A DNA stretch of 64,000 nucleotides. Source: Camelus ferus. Taxonomy: Eukaryota. Location: positions 21,516,001-21,580,000 of the forward strand of contig NC_045696.1 of assembly GCF_009834535.1 (NCBI RefSeq). The letters run 5' to 3'. The notes beneath the pieces were generated by a model. The model was not told the origin of the DNA and did no database searches. It saw nothing but the letters and a program-made list of their open reading frames with translations. Position numbers and translations under genes: made by a program. Below, piece after piece: positions 50,132-62,311 of the stretch. Each line of letters begins with the position of its first letter. Position 1 is the first letter of the stretch.

Positions 50132-50530
50132 TGTGAGGGTGAATTTTATGTGAAGGATGTTTTGGGGTGAGATTAACACTGAAGTCAGTGAACTCAGTAA
50201 AGCAGATTGCCTTCCATAGTGTGGGTAGACTTCATCCAATCAGTGGAATGCCTGAATAGAACAAAAAGACCAGCCTTCTCCAGCCAGAGGGAGTTTTCCA
50301 GCAGACTGCCTTCAGATTTCACCTACACCAGGCTCTCCTGGGTCTCCAGGCAGCTGGCCTCGGGAGTGGAACGTAACAGCTGCTGTTCTGAGTGTCCACC
50401 CGCTTGTTGGCCATCACTGTAGATTTGGGACTTGATAATCTCCATAATTACAGGAGCCAATTCTTTATAATAAATTTTTCTCCATATGTTCACATCAATT
50501 GATTTTGTTTGTCTGGAGAACTCTAATACA
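50132..50530 (+). mobile_element. ERVL LTR, MLT2-type
   Basis: tgtgagggtgaattttatgtg...agtaaagcagattgccttccatagtgtgggt...catccaatcagtggaa...tctggagaactctaataca. Confidence 0.9.
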
Positions 50531-51009
50531 TTGGCTCACTGGGGGATTCAAGCCATGGAATCTCTCAGAGACTTGGGGGGCAAATTGGGTGGCCCCTGTG
50601 TGTACCCCACTCCTTCCATCATGAATTTTAACTGTTACATGCACCCATCTTTCAAACCTGTATTATATTATTTTACTTGTTTGTTCTTCCTCTTACATTT
50701 GTCCTTTTAGATAATATATTTTCAAAAATGTATTTATAATCATTTTAGTTGAGCTCAAGGGGGTAAGTAGACAAACAGGTTAGGTACACAATTATATAGT
50801 TTTTAACTGAAATTGTCTCCATTGGCAAAGATTTATTGTGATTATATCTGTGGTTTGACTCAAACTTAAGCTCTGAAAATCATCTTCTATATTCTGAACA
50901 TTAATGTCTCAAAAATTGAATTATCAAGTAACATTTCTTATAGAAACAGAGCTACATATTAGAAAACATTTATATTCAGTACAGTGAAATTGATGTGTCA
51001 AAATATCTG

Positions 51010-52100
51010 GAATTGAAAAGAAAGTTAGAAATGAAACCTAATGAGAAAGTTAGAAATCTAATGAAGTTTACACACAATAGAGGACCTCTCTCTCTAACTT
51101 CCTTTTAGTATTTTACTATCTCTGCTTCAACAGCAAAATAGAGAATTCACAACTTTTTGCCACACTGTATTTCGTTTTCAGACACCTCCAATTCTCAGAT
51201 ATGTTTTTGTCATAAGGATTGAATTTTTCTCCTACCTCTTTATAATTGCTACTTGAAAATGTCATTTGTATTTAAATATAATAGTAATTTAATAGGTACA
51301 ATTTTCCCACATGGTAATCTTTGGTTGCATTGGAATACAACCATGAAGTTTATCCTTTCCACCCCCTTCTCACCTGAATTCTTCACAATAATTAGTCAAG
51401 ATTTCAACTGTTGGTCAAAATGTGCAATGTTTTCTACAAGTTCATCAATCAGAGTATTCTTCTCTGGATGTGCTCTACTGTGTCAACCCGCCATGTAAAC
51501 TGTCCCACATGTATTCTGACTAAGGCATAGTTCTAGGCACAGTACTTTTATTAATACTGCTGAATACTGCTTTAAGCATCTTCATATCGCTGAATTAAAA
51601 GAGCTTAGTTACCCAAAATAATTAATTACCCAAAATAATTAATCTTTTAACCTATTCTGCTATTTAGATATATCTATCCCTACCTTTTACTTGTCTCATA
51701 GGATTGTTTTGGGGGGGGCATAATTGCAGTGTTTACAATTATCTTTGTTAAATTTTACATGGTAGTTTTTAGTACACTTTTTTTTCAAAAACACTAATTC
51801 TGCCAGCTTATACATTCTATTCCTCCCACGTCGATGCTATGTTTGATTTTGATAAGCATGCCATCAATATCCTCATCACCTTTTTAATTAAAAAACTGTT
51901 GACAAGAACAAAGTTTAGTGTGGAACCCTGTAACATGAGGCTGAAAACTGTCAAAAAGCATCATTAATAGGGTACCGTTTTCCTGCTGCCACAGTAAAAA
52001 ACACACTTCTGTGATTTAAATTATCGCATAGTTCTCCTTTCGAACATAAACACATTATGAAAAATTTGATCAAATCCCTCTCTGAAATGTTGACACACTT
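51010..52100 (-). mobile_element. L3/CR1 LINE remnant including the RT core
   Basis: Minus strand 51849-51936 translates MLQGSTLNFVLVNSF..(frameshift)..DEDIDGMLIK, matching the CR1 RT motif [32 protein letters not shown]. Confidence 0.7.
51609..51643. repeat. 17-bp perfect tandem duplication
   Basis: ttacccaaaataattaa twice. Confidence 0.95.
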
Positions 52101-52167
52101 TTTTTATGCCTCTCTCTGTACCTATCAGCTTAGTACATCATAAGTTTTACTGACACTGTAAGTTGTC

Positions 52168-53100
52168 CTGTAGTTAGGTCTATTTTTGGTTGAAGTAAGA
52201 GAAACATAACTAAAATTTAAGTTAAAATAAAATTATTTAAAGGATAGTGGAATGTTTTCTGGACTCTTAATTAGGATCTCAAAAATAAAACTGGAGAACC
52301 AGGTCTTGTAGGAAAGGAAGGGGGTCTTTGGTTCTCTTTGGCTTGTCTCTGCACATTTCCTTCATTCTTCTCAACATGCCCCTTATCTGAATGCTGGGAC
52401 AGGGCAACACAAAGCACATAAAATGTACATATTTCAGTGCAGTTATAAAAAATTTATTTTATTAATTCCAAGCTCACCAATTCTTGACCAGCTCCAACAT
52501 ACAGAAACTATGTCTTAGAGCCACTCTTCCATCACTTTAAACTGTTTGTGTAGTGTCCAGTCCTATTCTATTTTCTCTTTATGTCTGTGTTAACCAAGAC
52601 ATCAAGACTTTTCCTTCTTAAGCAGCAGAAACCTAAATCAAACTTGAAATCCATTGGCACTATGTCCATTGAAATAGAAATTCAAGGAAGAATGGCTTAG
52701 AAAAAACGACTCCCAGGTGTTCAGACAACATCCTCAGCAATATGTCTGTCATTGCCTCTTAGATTTCTTGATTTCAGTAGCAGGTATCTCTTCCCATAAA
52801 ATCACCTCTTCCCAAAAATCATCATGAAAACCCTCCAGAGTTGTGTTCCACTAGTTTGCCGTCTGTGGTGTAAAAGCATCCCTCTTTTATGATTTAATCA
52901 ACTTGAATTATGAGACAGTATTTGTTTGACTTTGTCTACATCATGCCTCTCTGGTATTACCTTTGTGGTCAGTGCAACTCAAAGGACACTGATTGTAAAG
53001 AACTTTTGGGGGGGGGTCACCAAAAAAGAATAATTACATCCAATACCCCAGAAAAGGATACTGTTGAGGGGATTACATATACAGCTACCTACAGACACAA
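52168..53100 (-). mobile_element. Two decayed old MaLR LTRs (MLT1K/L-like)
   Basis: tgtagttaggtctatttttggttgaagtaagagaaacataactaaa at 52168 and aagcagcagaaacctaaatcaaactt near 52620. Confidence 0.45.
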
Positions 53101-53319
53101 GAACTTGCATGTTCACGTGGAAGAGACAAAGGATAGTTTTACTCTTTTGATACACCTAGTGGTGGTGTCTTGGGTTCTGAGCCAGTCTTTTTTGATTAAT
53201 ATTCAAACCTCTTCTAATTTTGCTTTAACACTTCATACTGATGTATTATCTGATCAATTTAAACATGTATGAAGCACCTAAAACGGAAAGAGCAAAGTAC
53301 CATAAGTTTCTCACCAGTC

Positions 53320-54710
53320 TACTGTTAAGATTATCCTGCTAGACTAGCATGGTAGGAGAACAGATTGGACCAGTGAAAAGAATGAGCATCAATTGGATAC
53401 TTTTTTCTTTGGAGTGGAATAATATCAAGTTGTTATTTATGTCAGTTATGCCTGTGGAATAATGTGGTGTACTTTCTTGAGAATAGAAATCATTAAGAGG
53501 GAGAGGGAGAGAGAGAGAGGTTCCAAGATATTGTCCTTGATAAGATGACAAAGAATCAAATAATGGAATCAGTGCCAAATGAAGGTAAGTGTTAAGCTTA
53601 TGTGGAGCCAAGATTTTTCATCCAGAGAAACAGAGTGGAAAGAATGTACTGCACAGATTCAATTCATTGAGTAGGTGTAATGATGGAAGCTTTCAGAAGC
53701 AATCTTCTATATGCATTTTTCTTTTCTCACTGTAAAGGAAAGCAAAATCATCAGATGTAATAATTCGGGGGAGAGTTGGAGGTTTGGGAATAGAAAAGGC
53801 AATGAAGTAGTTGTCTAGGAGATCAGGAGAATGACTGGAGCAGGGACATGCAGCCCCACAGACAGGAGCCAGTAGGGTCCATTTGGCATAAATGGTCATG
53901 AAGGTAAAGTGAGACCAGATACCCTTATTCATCTATATAGAAATAAGTGAAGTGCTAGATTTTTGTTCAACATAAAAGAAGGAATAGAGAATTAAAGATT
54001 CAGTTAGTGTTTATACATGAACCACGAGGTTTAACCTGTGTGAGAAAAACACGAGAGAAGGGTCTCAGTGAAAATGTAGCAGAATCACTGAATTGTAGCT
54101 ACAGGGTTTGTCTGAAAGATAGGATGTTGTAGAAAATGCTATAGAAAGATAGGAGGTGGTGTTCAGAGAGTGAATGCATAATTTGATCCTGGAGTTGGGA
54201 AAGAGTTGTAAGTAATGCTGATAACAATACCCAGACCAGTGTAAGAACTGGGAACAGACTGATGGAGATTGGAGATCAAGATCACAAGATCATTGGAGGA
54301 GAAGAAGTTAAGACACTGAGAATCCAAGTGATCTGAAGGATCACTGATGCGGAACTGTAAGATAAGGATTGTAACAGTAAGCATTAGGAGATGGCAGTGA
54401 CTCAGGTAAAAAAATCTTCAAGAAAGTCATGGGGTGTGTTTGTGGATGGGAGAAGGGAGTGACCAGGATATGGGGCAGTAACTGCAGCAGGGGGAGTTTT
54501 GGCCGATACAGTCAGATGACCAGAGATTCAAAGCAGGGGGAAAGGAGAAAGTCCTAGATACACAACAAGACGAAAGGAACTTGTTCTTCCTCTTCAAAAT
54601 CTATGGTATTAAAAATGTGGGAGAAGAACACCACCATTTCAGCATGGACGGGAAGTAGCATTCTTAGCAGAGCCAAGATTCTCTTAGAGCAAAACGTTAA
54701 GCAGGTGTAC
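53320..54710 (-). mobile_element. L2 internal (ORF2 region) fragment
   Basis: Long purine-rich antisense L2 text: ttttctcactgtaaaggaaagcaaaatcatcag; gatcattggaggagaagaagttaagacactgaga; agcagagccaagattctcttagagcaa. Confidence 0.75.
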
Positions 54711-56454
54711 AACATTATATACATGTAATCATCATTTGCATTTTCAAAATACTAAGCTTTTGGAATGATCTTTTCATTTTGGATGGTTATGGTGCCTTTT
54801 ATAAGAAGAAAAAAACTATTTTTACTGGGTAGATGCCAAGTCTATCAGGACGAAGGAGAAATGTAGGCATTAGTATCTAAGCTTATAAAAACATTTTTTT
54901 GTAATCATGTGTTTTGACATTTTTGAAAAATAAATTGCTCATGAGTCATTGATCAACTGTTCTCCTTTAATTAAGGAATTCAAAAAAGTCATTGAACAGA
55001 CAACAGGGAATAGAAATGAGATCTCACATAGACCCATCCTCAGTCATTTGTGGGAGGAGGGTGGGAATAAAAGTTAAAATGCTTGTAAAATTTTCAATCT
55101 GGACGTGAATTTAAAACTTATGAACTTACAGTCATCATGTTTTCATATTGGGGGGTTCAAAACTTAACTACATATTTTTTCGCTTTTGATTTCACCACTG
55201 AATACAGTTTGCTGAAAATCCAGAATAATCACTATCACTTTCTTTCTTTTCTTTTCTTTTTGTCTAGTTTAACTATATATACTTACTTTCTTGAAATAAA
55301 CATCTCTGTATCTTTGGTCATATTGATGGATGGCATTACATATGAATATAACGTATTTAGCAAATACCAATGTTTAGTGAAATAAATTATAAATTAATGT
55401 TTGTAGAATTACTTTGGCCATCTTATATTTGTCTGACAAAACTAAAAAAAAAAAAAATAGCTATTTAGCAATACACTCAACAAATAAATTTAATTCTTTA
55501 TTTTCCTACACAGCTATTGAACCACATTGTTATCTGTTTCTTCTAAACAAAACAAGACTTTCTTTAGGTTAAATAAGATAATTCTCCAGGACATTGACAT
55601 ACAACTCTCCTTCCCTGAGACTAAGCACTTAGTGACCCATATAACCATCTCAAAATTTCTGGAGCAACTTGCTGTAAAAAATAGATAAGTAATGGTCTTG
55701 CGCATTAGCCTTGCAGGGAGTTTATGTTAGAGATGACCCAAATTAGAATTGGAAAAATGCAGAATAGCTTCTGTATGATTGTAAATGCAGGGCGCTACCT
55801 GTCTGTCTAGAAAACTGAACCAATCAATCTGAGAGCCTCTGAAATTATGAATATTGTTCCCTTCATAAGGTCCCTTATGTGAACCTCAGCACTTTTTTTG
55901 GGTTTTAGCATTGACATTTCTGACTCAGGGTTATTTAGCGATAATTCTTGTTTTCAATAGTAAACAAACACAAGAATAAAATGACTCCCCAGGCTTCCAA
56001 ATTAATTTATAGTTTGAGTCAAAGTCATTGTGTAAGGATGTGTCTGTTGAATGTTTCTTGCAGATTTTTAATTTTTTTCACAACAATCCAATATGAGATC
56101 AATTCAACAGTTGCACACCGAGTATTAGTTTTATTCAAGACACTGGATACAGCAGGGAGCAAAAGTCTATGAAAACCTACTCTTGCCGCAAAAGAGCTGA
56201 CAACCCTCCTAGGAGGTAAGAAGTACACAGGTGTGATTCGTGTATCTGAATCCCCACGTTGCTTAGCCGTGTGTTTTACTCACTTGGTGCCTTTTCGGTA
56301 CATGTTTCATTCATTTCTCATCCTAGAATTTTGAGAACAGGAGCAATTTCTGTTTCTTCTTTGTTTTTCCCACCACACTTAGAACTATGTCTTGCATATA
56401 AAGTGGTGAATATTTGTCACTTATGAATAGTTTGATGTATGTTCCAGTGAGTGA

Positions 56455-56905
56455 ATGATGATTCCCCCAAGAATTTGGATTCCCCCAAGAAGCACGTTAT
56501 GAGATAAAGTTTACAAACACAGGACTTAGCGGGGAAATTTGTAGGATTAAATTAAATTAAAACGCCTACGAAAGAAAAGCGCAGGGAGCGGGCCCAAGCA
56601 GGGGGAGGAGTTGCTCTGTGACACAGTGTCAGCGAAGGACTTTGAAGCTGATTTACAAGGAACTCTTTCAAAGTGGTCTGCATTTGGAGAAATGGGGCTG
56701 GTATTCCCATCCACTGATGACTCAATCACTGATGCAGGCTGCAGGGAGTGGAGCACACCCTTGGCCAGGCTCTGCTCTCCAGATGAAGCCATCCTTAAAC
56801 TTGGATGACATCTGAGGGCTGTCTGCAGTCCCTCTCCCAGCAGCTGAAAGAATGTTATTTATTTCTGAAAAGAGCTCTAGGAGGTACCTCCCAGCACCTA
56901 CCTCA
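56455..56905 (-). mobile_element. ERVL LTR, LTR16A-like
   Basis: gcagggggaggagttgctctgtgacacagtgtcagcgaagg...tcactgatgcaggctgc...ctgagggctgtctgcagtccctctcccagcagctg; 18-bp-period duplication gattcccccaagaa at 56460 and 56478. Confidence 0.7.
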
Positions 56906-58081
56906 CAAATGAGTAAAATACATCTTAGGTTCATTGTGTCTTTCACATGCTAATAGTAATGCAAAGTGTTATGGAGAATCAAAGGAAAGAAAGATAATAT
57001 ATGGGTGGAAATACTAAGGAAGGCTTCATGGAGTCTTTTTTTCTCTCGAGCCATCTACATTACATTTGAGATGCCTGTTGAATAACAAACATTAATACAA
57101 TGAGTTCATATCACAGAGAGAATGTTTTCATTAAGAAAATATCACGAGTAAAGGTGCCAAAGTGGGAATGAAAAGGAAAATCAAAGAGAGAAAAAATAGT
57201 TTAGTTTTGTTTAGTTGGTTTATTAAAAGACATTTAGGGGGAAAGTAAGAATATATGAATAAAGCTTAAATTAGAGGAATAACTGTGAATTTCAGATCTG
57301 TTCAACTCCCTTGTGTGTTAATTGTTCCATTATTTTAATGGAATGGCACTTTCATTGTACTTGTTTCTTTATAATCGTTTAAGGTCAACAGACCATAAAT
57401 AGTAAATAAATTCCCTGTAATGAGAATGGTGGTAATCAGAATAAATTCGATGTCGGAGAACATTGGTGCCATTAGAAGAAGAGTAATATCAGAACCCACG
57501 TCTCAGGTCACATTTCCAAAGGTCACACTTTCACCTGAGGCTATAACTGCTTCTAACTCTAATCAGAGTTCTGGGAATTGGTGGATCCATCTGGATCAGA
57601 ACTGAAGCAAGACTCCATTAGTAATACAGTAAGTCCAGCCCCAGCGTGACTCTGCTAAGAGTTTGATGCCTGGACATAACTGGTCTAAAAATTGCTAAAT
57701 CTCAGTATACCTCCCCTACTTGTTATGCTGGGTTCCTGCTCACAGTTTAAGTCTTTTATTTAAGTCCTCATTCTTATCTGAACTTCTTCATGCCTTACCA
57801 GCTTTTCATAGCTTCCTGATTTCTTGTATCATTGTTTTCTGGGATATATATATAACTTGGTAATATCTTCTGATCTGAGATGGAGCCAGATCTCAAAGTC
57901 CAAAATAGCTTCTTGGCTGAAAGAAGCAGGTAGGTGGAGGAGATTAGAGTGAGCCACTTCTCTTTCAGCTGAGGCGGCCCCATTTGAAGAAATCCCCCGT
58001 GTTTTTATTCATGTGGCTTCTTCACCATTTTTCTAAGTGTACCATACTTCCTCCCCTCCGAGCCTTCTCCTGAGCTATTTC

Positions 58082-58524
58082 TGTAACCACAGACGGAGAC
58101 CAAACTGGCCCTGTCCTGTTTCTAACAGGATACTGAGTTGTTTTTCAGAGACAACAGAGCAGGACTGGAAGTCATGCAGCTGAAGCACGTGCAGAAGAGA
58201 CAATTCTGACTTCAAATGATACCTGGGGCCAAAGTCCACCCCCCCCCCCCCCCGCCCAAGAACCAAAAGACAGGGCACAAACAAGACCCCAAGGGTCTGT
58301 TGCCCAGAAAGATCCAGTGCCGAAGCCCCACTGCTCTGACATACCAACTCTCCCCACTAACCCAGACAAGTTTGACCCAACCCCAGATCAGGGAGACAGA
58401 TTTGAGCCCTGCCTTCTGTCTCCTTGCCCATTGACCTTAAAATAAAGATCTTTCTTTTCTCCAAAACCAGTGCCGTAGTCTTGGCATCTATGCGAATAGG
58501 GCAGTGTTAACTTTCTTGGTAACA
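58082..58524 (+). mobile_element. ERV1 solo LTR (MER4 group)
   Basis: TGTAACCA...TGGTAACA termini, 4-bp TSD tttc (58078-58081, 58525-58528), AATAAA at 58441, gggagacagatttgagc R-region motif. Confidence 0.85.
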
Positions 58525-58604
58525 TTTCCTCTACAAAAAGCTTTTCTTCTTTTCACCTTTCAGCTTCTTCTCATTCTTTATTTACCTAACTTTTTAATTC
58601 TATT

Positions 58605-59102
58605 TTTCGACTGAAATAAATGCACAACTTAAAAGCTGAGGGTTATGTTTTATTTAGTGGATGTTTCTGAGGACTTGAACCCCTTCGAGCCCAGGATGAC
58701 AGCCTCTCAGATGGCTCTGAGGGACTGCTCTGGAGAGGTATGGGAGGAGCTAGGATACACAGGAGCTTTACAACAAAGACCAGGTAGTTGGAATGATAAA
58801 AGATTACTTGTAACTAAAGAAAACCAGGCATTTCAAGTTAAAGAATTTAGTGCTTTTCTATGTATGGGAGGAAGCAAACCTTTGGGCTCATTGAATCCAT
58901 TCCTTTGACAAGCACCTAGCTATCTAGGGCCAGTATCCTGTCCTTTCTTATTCTGAGTCCCCTCAGGGTGCACCATTGGGAGTGGCTGCAGAGGCCCGGA
59001 CTGCAGGCTTGTCTTCAGTGCAGGGTGGCAGCAGCCTCTGATGACTTGATGGCTTCAGCATTCTTTGTTTACTGATATGGTTTGCAGTATTTTTCATTCA
59101 CA
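58605..59102 (-). mobile_element. ERV1 solo LTR, cetartiodactyl MER41-like
   Basis: Reverse complement begins TGTGAATGAAAAATACTGCAAACCATATCAGTAAACAAAG; 4-bp TSD tatt (58601-58604, 59103-59106); minus-strand AATAAA at 58649-58654. Confidence 0.85.
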
Positions 59103-60766
59103 TATTCAAATTTCAACCTTGATGAGACTTCGTTTTCAGTGTTTTACCTTGTATCTTAAGGTTAGGCTTACTTTCTATGTCACTGAGAACACTACTCAGA
59201 AATCAATTTGACTTTTTTTGAGGGGGGATGAATTTGTAATTACTGTCTTTAAAAGAACGATAAACAGAGGAAGACAATTCCACGGAAACATATTCCTACA
59301 GCAGTATCTACAATAACATCTTGATTGCCTGAGGTTAATATACAAATCTGTGAATTACAATTTTGTTCTGAGTTGCATCGATACTTTAGTTATGTATGAT
59401 CTGAGCTGGAGAAAAGCAGCCATTCACACACCTGACCCCAGGCCCCTCTGCTGGAGGGAACTAGAGGCCTCCAAGGCCACAGGCTGCACCATGAAGAGAC
59501 AGCCCAGGACTTTGCATACCACTTAAGCTCAAGGATTTTACGGCGAATGTAGTGTCTTTGCACGAAGAATCTTCCATATGATGGCTGAATCACAGTATAC
59601 ATCGTCAAGGACATGCATATGTGATGATGTGGTTGGTTGCAAAGCACAGAATGGAGGCATTCAGCACTATCAGGTGAGGTGATGCTCGGATGCCTGGAAC
59701 ACAGGGGCAAAGGAGGAAAGAGATCTCCTCAGCAAAGAATGCTGGGAGCTGTTCTCCTAGAAGTAAGGACCTAGACACCCTCCCAAGATGGAATGAGATG
59801 AAGAGGCCTGCCCCAAGCTATGAGTCTGGGATGCAGGCATTTATTTTTCTGATGTAGACTCCTAGATTGAGTCTGACTCAGTTCAACTTTTGCTTATCTG
59901 AGACCAAGTCTCCAGTCATCTCTTTGGGCTCCAAGTCTCCCGCGTAAGGAGTCTGTGACTCTAGGGGACTAGGATGGGTATATATCAGGGTGGGTAGGTG
60001 GGTGGAGGGGTGAGGGGCGTCACCCAACAAAACCTAAAGATCCAGGGAAGGGCAGCTTCCAAGCCCCTGATGCACTGAGGATGTCTCGGTTCCTTCTGGG
60101 CAGAGATTTGCCCCACGAAAGCATGGCTGGTTGAATTAGCCTCGCCTTGGGAGCTCTTGGTCACCATGAACACCATTAGGGGGCACATCTTGCCACCCAG
60201 ATTATTATTATTCATTTGACAGACAGGCCTTAGGAGAGGCTTTTAAGGAGCCTTTCCATTTACTCTTGAACAACGGCCACCAAGGAGTCAGCGTAAAGAG
60301 CAGCACGTGGAGGAACCAGGGTTCAGGCAGCCCCACGTGATGAGCAGCCCCTCTGCTGTGTTGGCACCAGCTGCTCCTCCTGCTCCAGGCAACACAAGGA
60401 GGGTTTCCTGGGCCAGCCTCCTGCCAGAGCTCTGTGCAGGCAGGAGAGGGAGCTCAGGGCCTCTGACTTGGCAGCACCACCAATGGGTTTGATGAGATTA
60501 CACGGCTGCTTCTTGGTTCCTAAATTACACCCTGCTTCTCTGAGCCAGATGCACGGATAAGCCTGAAAGATCTTCTTTCAGAAACAGACCTGAGGCCAAT
60601 TAAAAGTTCTTTTTGTTCTTTGTTGAGTTTTCCTAGGATTCACCTCAAGCCCACAGTTAAACCCATCAATCATAGTCATACTAGTCTCTTTAAAGTACAG
60701 TCCACAGCCTCATTTCAAACTGAAATCTGAGACTCCTTTTCTGGTCTTGGTGTTGATCTAGCCCAC

Positions 60767-61339
60767 AATACACACACACACATACACACACACACACACA
60801 CACACATATATAATACATATTTTTTTAATTGAAATATAGTTAGTTTACAATGTTGTATTAATTTCTGGTATACAGCATAGTGGTTCAGTTATACATACAT
60901 ATATTCTTTTTCATATTCTTTTCCATTATAGTCTATTACAAGCTATTGACTATAGTTCCCTGTGCTAGACAGTTGGACCTTGTCTATCTGTTTTATATAT
61001 AGTAGCTTGTATCTGCAAATCCCGAACTCCCAGTTTATCCCTCCACCTCTCCCTCCCCCCTCTGGTAACCATAAGTTTGTTCTCTACGTCTGTGAGTCTA
61101 TTTCTATTTTGTAAATAAATTCATTTGTGCCATTTTTTTAGAATCCACATATAAGTTATTATCATATGGAATATTTCTTTCTCTGTCTGATTTACCTCAC
61201 TTAGTGTGATAATCTCTAGATCCATCCATGTTGCTGCAAATGGCATTATTTCATTCTTTTTTATGGCTGAGTAGTATTCCATTATATCTATATACCACAT
61301 CTTCTTTATCCAGTCATCTGTCAGTGGGCATTTAAGCTG
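60767..61339 (-). mobile_element. 5'-truncated camelid/artiodactyl L1 3' end with TSD
   Basis: ttttttaattgaaatatagttagtttacaatgttg...tctagatccatccatgttgctgcaaatggcattatttcattc; 12-bp TSD gatctagcccac at 60755-60766 and 61340-61351. Confidence 0.93.
60770..60806 (+). repeat. (CA)n microsatellite
   Basis: About 18 units with one TA interruption. Confidence 0.95.
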
Positions 61340-61389
61340 GATCTAGCCCACTTTTGACATGAGGCAGAATTTAAATGATTTTGCAAATC

Positions 61390-61600
61390 AAACATTCTGG
61401 GTTTGAATTCTAGATGTGAACCTTCCTGGCTATGAGAGCTTAGTGACATGTCCTAGACTGTCTGTGCTTCCATCCATTACACGGGGTTAATAGGAGGAGT
61501 TGTATGATGAGGTGGTGGTGAGCAGGAAACGAGATTTTAAACTGTGAGCGCTTAGCACAGGGGCTAACGAATTGCAAGTACTCAACATATATTGGTCAAT
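61390..61600 (+). mobile_element. MIR SINE
   Basis: ctgggtttgaattctag...tgtgagcgcttagcacagg...aagtactcaacatatattgg. Confidence 0.7.
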
Positions 61601-61701
61601 ATCCCCCAGCTGTCAGAAGATGGCTTGGGAGGGAATTTTGTCAAACTGGAATCTGAGACTCAAGGCCACAGCCTAAGAGGAATAGACTATCAATGGTGGG
61701 T

Positions 61702-62311
61702 GAGGCCAGGAATTGTGACATAAAATGTGAGGCCCAGCTTAAAATCAAACTAGAGGGCCCTAGTCAAGGGTGAATAAATCAGTCTCCCCTTCTCACAGGC
61801 CCACTGCCCCAAACCACAAACTGGGGGTGGGTGAGAGCCCCACCAGTTCACCTACCAAATACGCCATGGTGCTACCAGCCTGCGGCAGAAACAGCCGGTG
61901 CTGGGCCCTGAGTCTTTCCATACTTAGAAGCTCTTGCCAGTGTGGAACATGGGTCTTCTCCACCCATGCAGCCTTGTCACTGCTCTGAGTGGACAGCTAC
62001 AGTATTCTCAAGGCGTGGGTGAGGTGACTGAAGCCAGGCAGACCTGGGGTATCAGAAAGCAGAGAGTAGATGGCTGAGACCCTGTTTTAGGGAGGAAAAA
62101 GAAGGATGCAGGACTACATGTGAACTGAGGTTCCAAGCCCCTAGTGCGTGCTCCATTGCCCCATTGGACTTGACTTATAAAACTCAAATTCAAAGATTAA
62201 TTTATTAAGAATTTCAAGACAGCCATTCCAGAGCATTAAACCCTAGTGTTGAACATTTTCAAAGAGGGGCCCTGTGCAAATGCATCAGGCTCGCACTCAT
62301 GAAGTTGGCCC
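61702..62311 (-). mobile_element. hAT-Tip100 element, MER45-like
   Basis: Reverse complement starts GGGCCAACTTCATGAGTGCGAGCCTGATGCATTTGCACAGGGCCCC...GGTTTAATGCTCTG...GTCTTGAAATTCTTAATAA; other end acataaaatgtgaggcccagcttaaaatcaaa. Confidence 0.75.

Noticed and set aside
57505..57525. AGGTCA-N9-AGGTCA direct repeat
   Set aside because: Non-standard spacing, lies in probable decayed MIR sequence, and has no other support.
59578..59680. Short ATG-initiated frame ending at a CAG|GTGAGG donor-like site
   Set aside because: The peptide is unrecognisable and no promoter or partner exon is evident.
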